Positions 22,075 through 32,641 of a stretch of DNA of 49,339 nucleotides are shown here, in pieces. Every line of letters starts with the position of its first letter. Positions within the stretch are counted from its first letter, which is position 1. The position numbers and the translations under genes are program-made. Where the stretch lies: assembly GCA_964495825.1 (NCBI GenBank), contig CAZBWI010000041.1, positions 1-49,339 of the forward strand, read 5' to 3'. The DNA is from an uncultured Candidatus Peribacteria bacterium. GTDB lineage: Bacteria; Patescibacteriota; Gracilibacteria; Absconditabacterales; Absconditicoccaceae. The notes below the pieces were generated by a model, which saw only the letters and a program-made list of their open reading frames with translations, was not told the DNA's origin and did not search any database.

Positions 22075-23193
22075 CTATAAATTTTTAGCATCTACGATAT
22101 AACCCTTTTTACAACCATTTAGTGCGTTTCTTTTGACTGCTTCATTTCGAAATTGTGTCAGAACATTTGATGATGTATAGGATACATCCCATCATTCTGC
22201 GATTCCTTTCATAACAATATAGCTTTCGCAGACGATATATTTGCTTGGGTTTGTATCTTTCCCGATCATCTTGTGTGCATATGCTGTTCTCCGTTCTGCA
22301 TAATATGGGTTCTTCGTCGTTACATATGTGAAGTTGACGTTAGGTGTTGTTACTAATGGAAGGTTGTATTTCTTGACGAGATAGATGACGGCATCCATAA
22401 TCTTCTGTTTGCCTTGACTAGTAGGGAGTACAGGATCGGGTTCATCAAGCGTATCTATGGATGTTCCAAGCACGGTTCCTGTTTCTTCAGTGATTTCACT
22501 ATCCGTAGAGATACCTGTAAAGACATCTGATGATACTACTTGTGTTCCTGTCGTTTCGCCTAATCATGTTCCGATGATAGTACCTTCTCAGGTATAGACA
22601 TAGCCGTCGATAGGGATCCTATCTTCACCGAAAAAGTTCTGTGCGATATAATCGGAAAAGCTTGATTGAAATTCCTTATGTACCTGATAGTAGTCATACA
22701 CAGTCAAAATCAAACTTAGCATAAGTAATATGAGATATATCCTAGTTCCAAGCAATGCCCAAAAACTTTTTGTGATGCGATGTTTGAACATAAGGGTGAG
22801 CGACATAAATACGATAAATCACAGCACCAATGAGAAAAGTAGCATTGCTTCTACAGCTCCGCTATTGACGAGAAACATAAAGAAGATGATAATCGCTACA
22901 GCGAAACTTACAATAGCTGGCATAAGTAATTCTGATTTCTTTTTGTAGATTTTTGTCGTAGAATGAAAATGGTCATGAAAAGAAATTTTAGCTTCCTTGA
23001 GTGGTTTTTCATGTTCTTTGTATTCTTCTTTAGAATTTTCTACAGTATTGTAGAGTATCCCTATCAGGATGATAGCGATGAGATTGATTGCACCAAGCCG
23101 AAAAAAATTTGCTTGTCACCGCAATACACCTATAATTAAAGGTTGTAATACAAAAAAATAAATACTGAAGAGAAGAAAAAGGTTTTTTTTCAT
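22075..23193 (-). CDS. membrane protein with extracytoplasmic C-terminal domain (372 aa)
   Basis: Joins track ORFs 22192..22473 and 22588..22806 and extends to ATG 23191-23193. Four to five TM segments, a T/G/E-rich linker, then a C-terminal globular part. Frame scanned; TAG at 22075-22077. Confidence 0.75.
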
Positions 23194-23366
23194 TCACTCA
23201 AATAATATTATATAAAAATGTCAATTATTTTTACCTATATATTTGTATATATACACAATACCAAGTGTTTTTCAAGGGTAAAAATTGCAAATTTTGGGGA
23301 AAGGAGTACAATTATATCGATACTCCAATACCTATTTTTTTAGCCATCATTACGCAATACATCATC

Positions 23367-23864
23367 ATGAAGAAATTTATGCTTGCAAGTATTATTATGT
23401 ATAGTTCGTTGATCCTCGTCTGATATGCCCAGATGGTAGTTCCTAATTCTGAGAATTATATTCTCAATGAAAATGATCAGCAGGTACTCAATACAGAAGG
23501 CATCGACGATCCATTGAGATGAGGTGCATATCATATCATCGAACCGGTAGGATGAGGAACAGGAATTGCAGGAGGAGTCGTAGGTATAGGTGATAAGATC
23601 TCTACTTATGAACATGCACAATCTAAGACGCTCAATGTTATTAAGAATATTATCAATTATGCGTTAGGGATGCTTGGACTTGTTGCACTTATTTACTTGA
23701 TCTATCACGGATTTTTGATCGTGACTGCTGCAGGTGATGATACTCAGTATAAGAAGTGAATTAAGGGAATAAAATTCGCTGCGATAGCTATCGCAGGTAT
23801 CGGAGCAAGCTGGCTTATCATCAGCGGTATCTTCCGACTTATCGCTTTAATTATTTGATCATAA
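23367..23864 (+). CDS. VirB2/TrbC-like T4SS pilin candidate (165 aa)
   Basis: Signal peptide, then two hydrophobic helices separated by the charged loop AAGDDTQYKK-G-IKG. Five TGAs. Replaces the antisense track ORF 23340..23621. Confidence 0.5.
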
Positions 23865-23871
23865 AAACACC

Positions 23872-24405
23872 ATGACATCATGTATTTGACAAAAAATTTG
23901 TAGATACCTACTCTATATTCTAGGGAGTATTTTTGCTGTAGGAAGCTTTATTCCTGCTATTTCTTTGTGACAGTTGTCCGATGCGGAATCAGCATTTCCT
24001 TATGATATTCAAGGACAAGAATATGATCCCAATACCGAAATACCTACAACGGATATAGCAACGGATATTATCAAGACTGATACTCAACAATCACAAAGTA
24101 TCCTTCAGAGACTGACAAATTATTTTAGATTGAGCGGGACATCGTATTATACCTGAACATCTCCAGCAACAAATTATGTGAAATGGATTCTTAACATGCT
24201 TTTGGGATTAGTGAGCTTTCTTTCATTGGTGATGGTTGTTTTTGCTTTTTACCTCATTTTCTTCTCCAAGTGAGATGATGCAGTTGGAAAAGCAAAGAAG
24301 ATTTTGATAGGTGTAGGTATAGCACTCGCAATTATGTGATTATCGCGATTTATCGCAAGTTTCTTCTTCGATATTTATGGAACCGTTACAGGAACTTGAG
24401 TATAG
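23872..24405 (+). CDS. VirB2/TrbC-like T4SS pilin candidate, paralog (177 aa)
   Basis: Same architecture as the previous gene (..VMVVFAFYLIFFSK-G-DDAVGKAKKILIGVGIALAIM..). Contains track ORF 23974..24156. Confidence 0.5.
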
Positions 24406-24427
24406 TTTTATCTTTTTCGATTGATAA

Positions 24428-25132
24428 ATGTTCTTGAATCTATGAGACCAAAGCAAAATTCAAAAGAAGTTACATGAAAATCTCTTCAATACAGAGACGA
24501 TGTTGCCGATTTCTGAAATCAAGAATGATACTATTATCATGAAAGATGGGTGACTTAGAGCTATCCTCAAAATCAATGGAGTAAATCTCGATCTCAAAAA
24601 TGCTGACGAACAAGTCATAGTACTTGAACAATACAAGAAATTCTTGAATGGATTGGAATTTCCTATACAGATACTTGTTCGCAATACCTTTTTGGATCTT
24701 TCAAACTATCTGACTTATATCAGAGGCAATGTAGATGGTATAGAAAATCCTGTTTTAAAATGACAATGAGAAGCGTATTACAGATTTTTACAGAATATCG
24801 ATATGCAACAAGGATTGATCTACAACAAGGAATTTTATATCATCGTACCATATTATGAAAGTGAAAACGATAAACCTCAGATTCAAAGATCGTGGCGAGG
24901 AAAGCTGCTTGATGTACTCAATGCCAAAGATACTGTGGAGAAAATAGTCCAAAGATACAGACAATTCCTTAAGGGAAGGACTGGATTGGAAACAAGAGTT
25001 GCATTGATTAGCGATGGACTCGGAAGTATGGGTATTACTGCAGAGAAACTTACCACACCGGATATCATTAATCTTATTTTTCGCTGTTACAATCCATTAC
25101 TTCACAGTTCTCAAGCATCACTTGCTCCATAA
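24428..25132 (+). CDS. VirB4/TcpF/PrgJ-type ATPase N-terminal domain only (234 aa)
   Basis: MLPISEIKNDTIIMKDG-G-LRAILKINGVNLDLKNADEQVIVLEQYKKFLNGLEFPIQILVR.. resembles the N-terminal domain of Gram-positive VirB4-family ATPases. There is no Walker motif. TAA at 25130-25132 is followed by a terminator and a convergent gene. Confidence 0.5.
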
Positions 25133-25163
25133 TTATTATATACTTACCGTATATACAAGACAT

Positions 25164-25189
25164 AAAAAATCCGTAGAGACGGATTTTTG
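25164..25189. terminator. bidirectional rho-independent terminator
   Basis: aaaaaatccgt-agag-acggattttt between convergent genes. Confidence 0.7.
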
Positions 25190-25237
25190 TTAGTTAATAG
25201 TGCATACTACTAATACGAGCAAATTCTTAATTCTCAA

Positions 25238-26341
25238 TTAAATTTTCATAGTAATATCATATTTTTTCTCCATACAGTACTTCTTCGCTTTTTCATAGAT
25301 TTCGTCGCATTTCGTCAATCGTTCTTCTTTGCCTTCATTTCTATCTATCTGTTGTTGGTACCATTCTTTTCTCCTCAAAATCTCAGCTAAGGAAGCAATA
25401 CAACAGATTTCATCATTGGTAATAGCCATTCCTGCACAGCTAATTCCCATATCTGTAGGGGACTGATATTTTACCATATAATTTTTGTGGTTCACGATTT
25501 TTTTTGCGATATTCATGACGACATCAAATGCTTCCACATCTCTATTGTAATTTACTGCATCTATACCATATGCTTTTTTGTGATAAGTATCGATCATATT
25601 GTAGTCGCCGATATCGACCGTAGCAGCTTCATATGCTAGATTTACCGGATGCTCGAGCGGAAGGTTTCGGATAGGGAAGGTCTCGTATTTCGCATATCCT
25701 GATTTGATATCGATCTGGTGGTCATTGTAGATTTGTCCGAGACAGGTCGACATTTTTCCGCTACTTGATGCAGCTCATGTTACAAGAATAAGATTTTTGG
25801 TTAGCGGGATATGATCATCATGACCAAATCCTTCTTCGCTTAAGATTACATCAGTATTGTGAGGATATCCTTGGATTTTGTATCTTTCCCATACTCTGTA
25901 TTGTTTTCTTTGGAAGTCTTTTTCAAATTCCAGAATAATATCAAATCTATCAGTGATATCGATATTATTGATAACGATGTGTGGTTTGATTCAGATATTT
26001 CTTTCGATGTTTTTGATCATCTGGTACACATAGTCTTTGTATTCTATATTCTGGTTGCTTAGTTGCCTATTTGATAAAATATCATGTGCATTCACACAAA
26101 ATAATATTTCTGTCTGATGTTTTAATGATTCGAATATTTTCTTCTTAGATTCTGGATCAAATCCTGGGAGGACTCTAGCTGCGTGTGCATCATAGATAAA
26201 TTTCCCTCCTATTTCTAGATACAATCTTCCACCACTAAAATTAGCGATTCTGTCGAGAATCTTCTCTTTTTGGAGTCTGATATATTTTTCTCAATCAAAT
26301 CCTTCTTTCTTATAATTGATGATATCCGTGGAGTTGATCAT
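25238..26341 (-). CDS. DUF1846 (UPF0371) family protein
   Basis: 367 aa. GFD-G-EKYIRLQKEKILDRI..LYLEIGGKFIYDAHAARVLPGFDPESKKKI. Track ORFs 25238..25753 and 25991..26224 are joined. Frame scanned. Confidence 0.8.
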
Positions 26342-26581
26342 ATATATAGGTAAAAGGTAAAAGGTCATGTTTTGTTCTTTGTTTCTTTGTGCTTACAATA
26401 AGTATATGCGTCTTGTGGTTTTTTGCAAAAAATAGCGGCATATACCGCATATTCACTTGCGTTTTATTCAAAAATTAACGTAATACGCTCTTTTTGCTCG
26501 TGAAATAGATTGGATATAATTTGCTTCGTATAATTACCATACAGTAGGACTATAGATCTCATACATTATTACTTTGATATA

Positions 26582-29500
26582 TTACTGTATGATTTTGCCA
26601 TTGTCCAAGGTGATGATATCATCCGCAAATTTTAGGATACTTTTGTCATGTTCGATCATCAAGATAGTATCTCCTTTATCTAGGAATTTTTTGATGACTT
26701 TCATTAGTTTCACGATATCGTCAGCATGTAATCACACTGTAGGTTCATCCAAAAAATACATGGTATGTCCTTTATATGATTTCAAGAGATGTTTCACCAA
26801 TTTCAATCTCTGGCTTTCTCCTCAGGATAAGGTATGCGCAGGCTGTCCCATCCTCAGATATCATAATCCAATATCCACCATGAGTTGTAACTCTTCGCGG
26901 ATATGATCGATTTCAGAAAAAAACTCTAGTGCATCTTTGACATACATATGCAAAACTTCATCGATACTTTTGCCTCTTCGTTTGATTCAAAGGATTTCTG
27001 TTTTGTACCTTTTCCCATTACATAATTCACATGGGATATAGGTATCCGGCAAAAATTGTAGTTCTACTTTTTTGTACCCATATCCATCACAGGCAGGACA
27101 AGCTCATTTATTAGAGTTGAAGCTATAATAGCTTGCATTGAACCCTAAATATTTACTCTCTGTTGTTCCTGCATACAATTGTCTGATATGATCAAAGGTT
27201 CATATGAAGGTCACTGGGCATGATCTTGGAGTTTTTCCGATACTCGTTTGATCAACATAGATGGTATTTTTGATTTCTTCATGACCGATAATAGTTTCTA
27301 CAGACAACTCTTTATAAAATGCTTGCATTGCGAGATTTTCGTAGTGTTCATATTCGTCTTTGTGCATGATCGGAGCAGAAAGGATATCAGTCCAGTTCCA
27401 TCATTTTTTTAATAATTCCAATCTGATGAAACTCTGGATAAATTTCTGTTTTTCATTCAAAAATCTGAAGAGTGTTGTATACATCAGTGTTGTTTTTCCA
27501 GCTCCAGACGGTCAAGTGATAATAGTAAACGTTCCAAGTCTGATTTGTACATCAATATGTTGGAGGTTGTATTTCGATGCCTTTTTGATACTGATATAAT
27601 TGTTGGATGGCGTATGTTCGAAATGTGCAGTCACTTTTTTCTTGCCAAGGATGTATTGCGCTGTCAGTGTATTGGATGTCAAAAACTCATCGTATGGTCC
27701 GTTGAACATCACTTTCCCTCAGAAATCCCCAGCGCCTGGTCAGATTTCAACTACTCGGTCGGATGCTTTAATAAATTCCTCATTATGCTCGACGACAATG
27801 ATAGTATTGCCCATTTCTTTCAATTTCTTGATAGCAGTGATTGCTCTTGTGATTTCCCTCTGATCCAGACCGATAGTCGGTTCATCGAGGACATAAATAA
27901 TTCAGGTCAATTTATTCCCCAGTTGTTTCGCTAATCTTAACCTTTGGATTTCTCATCACGACAGCGTATCTATTCACCTATTTAGACTCAAGTATCCGAG
28001 TCCCAATTCCTGTATCGTTTTGGCTCTGTCGATGAGAGGGTTGACGATTCTATCGACGAGCGTCCTATCTTTGGTATTGTGTTCCTTGTACATATCGATG
28101 AATGCGATAAGTCCATTCAGCGGCATTTTCTGTAAATCTGCTATATTGATCTTAGATCCATGATGCATGATTCATGATGCAAGTTGTTTATCTTGAATCT
28201 TGTGTTTTGAATCTTGTATCTTAAGAAATACATTCAGACTCTCTTTCTTGAGTTTTGCTCCATTACATTCCGGACAGGTTTTCATATCGAGCATCGCTTG
28301 GAAATCTACCGTTAAAAGTCCTTTTGCATACTGATCTTTGACGATTTCTTCGATACCTTTGTAATACATACTCATATATTTCCCGCCATAATTTACTCTA
28401 ATCAGCTCTTCATCGCCAAAAAGGACGACATGTTGAAACCATTCCGGCAAGTCTTTCCATAATTTATCTGGATCGATGCTATATTTCTGTGCTAATTTCA
28501 ATAATAACGACTGTCCAAGGTTTGAGTCTCTCCGCGGTAAAATCGCTTTCATGTATGGACTCATCGGATCTACTATTTTATCAATATCAACTTGCAAGAT
28601 TTCTCCGATACCGTGACAAAGTGTACATGCTCCTTCTTGTCTATTTGGTGAGAAATGCTGTGGTGTAAATTCCGGATAGGTGATATTACAGTCAGGACAA
28701 TACATTTTATCGGTGAACCACTGAATATGGTCACAGGTTGTAGGTCATAGGTTGTAGGTTGTTTTTTTGCGACTTGTTCCCTGCGACTTACTCTCTGTTG
28801 TTCCTGTTATGAAGATTCAGAATTTTTTGAATTCTCATAATATCTTGATAATATCTTCTTTTAATCTTCCTAATTTTTGTTCTTCCACGGTCACTCTATC
28901 GTAGATACCATAGATATTGATAGGGAAATATTCAGCAGGGATATTTGGCGTCTCGAGGTAGAAATACTCAATTGGGTCAAGTGATTTGGGACTAGGGATC
29001 AGGTTCTGTTTTTTAGTTTTTGTATTCTTATCATTTGTCCCTTGTTCCTGTTCCCTCTTCATGTCAGCGACGATGAGGTAACGCGTGAATCATTTTCCCT
29101 TTTCTACTTTATTTCTATTTTTCCTCACGAATTCCATGAGATCTTCCTTCTTTTCAACATGGCCTGATTCCTGGAGAAGATATATTTTCTGACCCATATA
29201 ATGCTCTTGGATTTCATTCATGACTTGCTCTATGGTCTGTGGTTTGATTACTTTCCCACAGTTGTAGCAATAACTATCTCCAAGTTTGGCATACAATAAT
29301 CTCAAATAGTCATCGATTTCCGTGAGCGTTCCGACCGAGCTTCTCGAATTACCTCATTTTTTGTTCTGTTCTATCGCTATGGCAGGGGAGAGTCAACTAC
29401 AATGATCGATTTCTGGTCTTTCTCCTAAATTAAAAAACTGTCTTAGATAGGAACTCAAAGATTCTATATATCTATATTGTCCTTCTTTGTAGATCGTATC

Positions 29501-29680
29501 GAAGGCGAGCGATGATTTCCCTGATCCGGAGACGCCCGTGATGGTGATCAGTTTGTTTTTTGGTATTTCGACATCGATATCTTTGAGATTATGAGTTTTT
29601 ACTCCTTGAAATGTTATTGTCGCTTCGTGATTGTTCATTGGTAGTTCGATGTTTTTCTTGGGCATGAGGTGTGTATACAT
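26582..29680 (-). CDS. uvrA: excinuclease ABC subunit A
   Basis: 1032 aa. Six track ORFs lie in one frame, and all gaps were scanned (only TGA). [74 protein letters not shown], second [20 protein letters not shown]. The start may instead be a downstream Met. Confidence 0.95.
28159..28225. repeat. short-word element (ATGAT.CATG words plus CTTGAATCTTG words) embedded in frame in uvrA
   Basis: ccATGATGCATGATTCATGATGCaagttgtttatCTTGAATCTTGtgttttGAATCTTGtatctt. The same two word types occur in the intergenic element at 37321-37434. Confidence 0.6.
28731..28806. repeat. short-word imperfect palindromic element embedded in frame in uvrA
   Basis: Left arm caggttgtaggtcataggttgtaggttg, right arm gcgacttgttccctgcgacttactctctgttgttcctgtt. 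aggttg pairs with cgactt via G-T pairs on the + strand. It encodes ..[25 protein letters not shown]... Confidence 0.55.
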
Positions 29681-29734
29681 TACAAAGTGAAAAGAAGATT
29701 TTTTTATGACTTTCTTAATAGGTAATACTAACCT

Positions 29735-30556
29735 TTAGTATGTATTTTTCAATTCCCGATCAAGCACCTTCAAAAACTTAGGTATAAGTCAGTACCTCGT
29801 TGCTCCGCTATATGCTTGGGTGTAATTGTCATAGAGATATTGGGGGATATTAGGAAGTATAATGTCTCATCAAATAGTTCATCCATTATAGAGTGCACCA
29901 TGATAGACAAGACCAGTCATGTCAAATCCAGTGTAGGTGAGATTGATGGAAAGTTTTGATTGATGTTGTGCTCGTTTTGTTTTGGAGAAATCGATGAAAT
30001 CTTGTATAGCAGTAAGGAATTTCCCTTCTGTGATTGCTCATGTTCCATAGTTTTTGCCACGGATCTGGAAGGGTCCATTGCTGTTGGAAGGCAGATAATA
30101 ACCGCAATTAGTCTCCCTATACCATGTCGCTATCGTAAGTGCTGTCGGAAAATTGTTTGCATAGCTGATACTATCAATTGTATGATATCGTCCTGTACAG
30201 GAGTCAGATGTAGGTATATAAATAATGTCTCCACTGTACTGATTGAGAAACTCCTGTTTGAATTGTTTGGAAGAAGCTTTCGCTTTTATTTTTTCAGTAT
30301 TCACTTGCGTCATGAGATATGACGATAGTGTATCGAGATAATAACTTAGTTTTTCGTATCCAGAAAATTGCTCTTTGAGATTTTTGAGCTGGATATAAAA
30401 ATCTCATTTGATTGCCATATCTCCAGAACTTATACCATCAAATTGGTTTTTAAGTTGAGTAATGGCGGTGACATCTTGGCTGGTTGGGGTATACCCAGCA
30501 AAGGTGCAACTGAAGAATAGCCCAATGATGACAAGTGAAATTTTACATAGTTTCAT
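29735..30556 (-). CDS. secreted lytic-transglycosylase-like protein (VirB1/SLT-like candidate)
   Basis: 273 aa. Signal peptide MKLCKISLVIIGLFFSCTFA. WYRETNCGYYLPSNSNGPFQIRGKNYG resembles the E..G(L/P)(M/F)Q core of SLT domains. Frame scanned. Confidence 0.45.
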
Positions 30557-30665
30557 ATGCTATACAAAAAAAGAGATAAATCATCGCTCCTGCTTCGTCA
30601 GGAGCTGCTGGGAAACTCAACTTTCAATGTAGATTTATCTCTTCTGGTTGCAAGGGGAAATAGGA

Positions 30666-32621
30666 TTATTTCTCCAAGGTATTCCCTGTTTTTTTCGTTG
30701 CAAAGAAAGGCATGTTCTTGAGTTCATCTCGGCTTGGGGCGTTGTTTGTATAACTTTTCCCTGTTGCACCATTTCCTCAGAGTGCGTTATACAATGCCTT
30801 ACGATTTCTATCATTTTTAAAATATTCATCAGCTGTTTCTCACTCTCGACGAGTGAATCATTTTTGTTGTGCAGTAGCTTCATTCTGCTGTATCCATTTT
30901 TTTAACAACTCGAGCCATCCGGTATTTGTAGAGATGACAAATCATCCTTTTCTCTCTTTGGCTAATTCCTGAGTCTTGCCAAACAAATCACCTCCTGCAA
31001 CTGCTTGTTTGGCTATTGATTCATAATCTGCTGCTTTCCAGTTGGTTCCGCCTGTAATAAAATCTCTGAACTTTTCTTCTTGTGTAGTGAACCTATTGCT
31101 TGCAAAATCATATTCACCAAATTCTCCTCTCTTGTTGAGTCCCATACCTCCCAATATCTGTTCTCTGTTTTTACTTAGAGCGTTCTTCATCTGACCAAAT
31201 GATAGACTTTTGATGGTTTGGTCGCCCGTTCCCATAGAGAGTGGTAATATAGGAAGTGTCATAGCCATTCTTTCAAGTGTTTTGATGATACCTCTTTCTC
31301 CTCACATGATATCAGCGATAGGTCATTCTCATGATATTGCAGATATCTTGATAAATTGCCACATCAAAAATGCTGTCAAGAAGAAGAGGATAAGATTGAC
31401 AAAAATCGTCTGTCCGACTTCCTTGACCTGGCCAGCCATATTCACATTTTCTCCGAATACACCGTTTTCCATGACTTGGATATCACTGATTTCTGCTATA
31501 TGTAATCTTGATGCTCAGCTTTCGACTGAAATAGTTACTCCATTGAAGCTTTTGGGAAGCGTTCATTTCATGATATTCTGCATGCTGACAACGAGAATCA
31601 GAATCATAGAAAATCCTGCTACGAAAATGACAGGTTTAAAAACAAGATCGAGCAAAACGGAAAATTTGAAATACTTACCTATTCATCAGCTACTGGTCTT
31701 GGAGCTCAATCATCCATCTTTCCCAAAAAATGCCAAAAGGATGATTAGTGGCATTCCTATGATAAAAATCCGGAGAAAGACAACTCTGATGATATTCGCA
31801 ATAAAGAGAAGCGCTAATCCTATGGTATAAAACCCGATGAGAATCACTCTGAGTAAAAATGATATTGTAAGTCCTACTTCATGATCACTACCGCTTACAT
31901 CTATGTAATTCTGGAATTTGAAGACACTGAATCAGAGATAAATCAACGGTCCGCTGACGGAATTATATGTCGGAAGTATCTCGTCTCGTGTATCGCTCCC
32001 ATTTATCAGATCATTTCCTATGGGTGTGATAACATCTCATGTATTGCTTATCAAGTATCTTTTTGGTGTAGCATCCAAAGATTTGATCATCTTGTCTTTG
32101 AGAGCAGCATCAGTCTGGAGAAAGCTGCTCGGGAAAGCGCCTATTGCCGATGTTGCAATAGTAGAAAGATCGACAAGTGCTCCTACAAGAAATCGGCTAG
32201 CTTGGATAAGTATTCATGCGACCAGGGTATTGGTGATGATTTTTTTGATATCCATATTTTTTTTCCCAACGAGATTGTTGATGATCTGATAGAGTACAAT
32301 CCCTACCAATGCAAAATTCGCAAAATTTTTCATGATATTCCGGATCTTCCGGAGATAGATATCCATGTGGAGGATAGATCCATAGACGAGATCGTTAGTC
32401 ATGAGTTTCCCAGCAAGGATAGCGAGGATAACCCATCATCGTGAACAGAGGCTCAGGATATTATTCAATCACTTCCTTACTTCATCAAGCGAACTTGTTG
32501 ATGTCGCTGTATTTTCTGCAAATGTTGGCAGTATAAAGAAAAATCAGACGATCACGAGAACTCCGACGATCTTGATCGTGGTAGGATGGCGTACTATTCT
32601 GAAAATTCTTTTTAGCGTCAT
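30666..32621 (-). CDS. large polytopic membrane protein B (651 aa), possible VirB6/TrbL-like channel component
   Basis: Track ORFs 30942..31268 and 32214..32402 lie in one frame. All triplets from 31263 to 32621 were scanned and show only TGA. Signal/TM N-terminus, at least six TM segments, hydrophilic C-terminal third. ATG at 32619-32621, TAA at 30666-30668. Confidence 0.8.
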
Positions 32622-32641
32622 ATGATTTAGATAAATAAATA

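Noticed and set aside
25133-25237. The missing ATPase half of VirB4 being present downstream in another frame (frameshift).
   Set aside because: Only about 100 nt remain before the stop of the convergent DUF1846 gene, and that stretch contains a clean bidirectional terminator.
31210-31830. 206-aa plus-strand track ORF (similar ones at 31881..32444 and 33363..34133).
   Set aside because: These are antisense shadow ORFs lying entirely inside the long minus-strand membrane-protein genes. They are low-complexity, have no motifs, and the minus-strand frames give continuous paralogous proteins.
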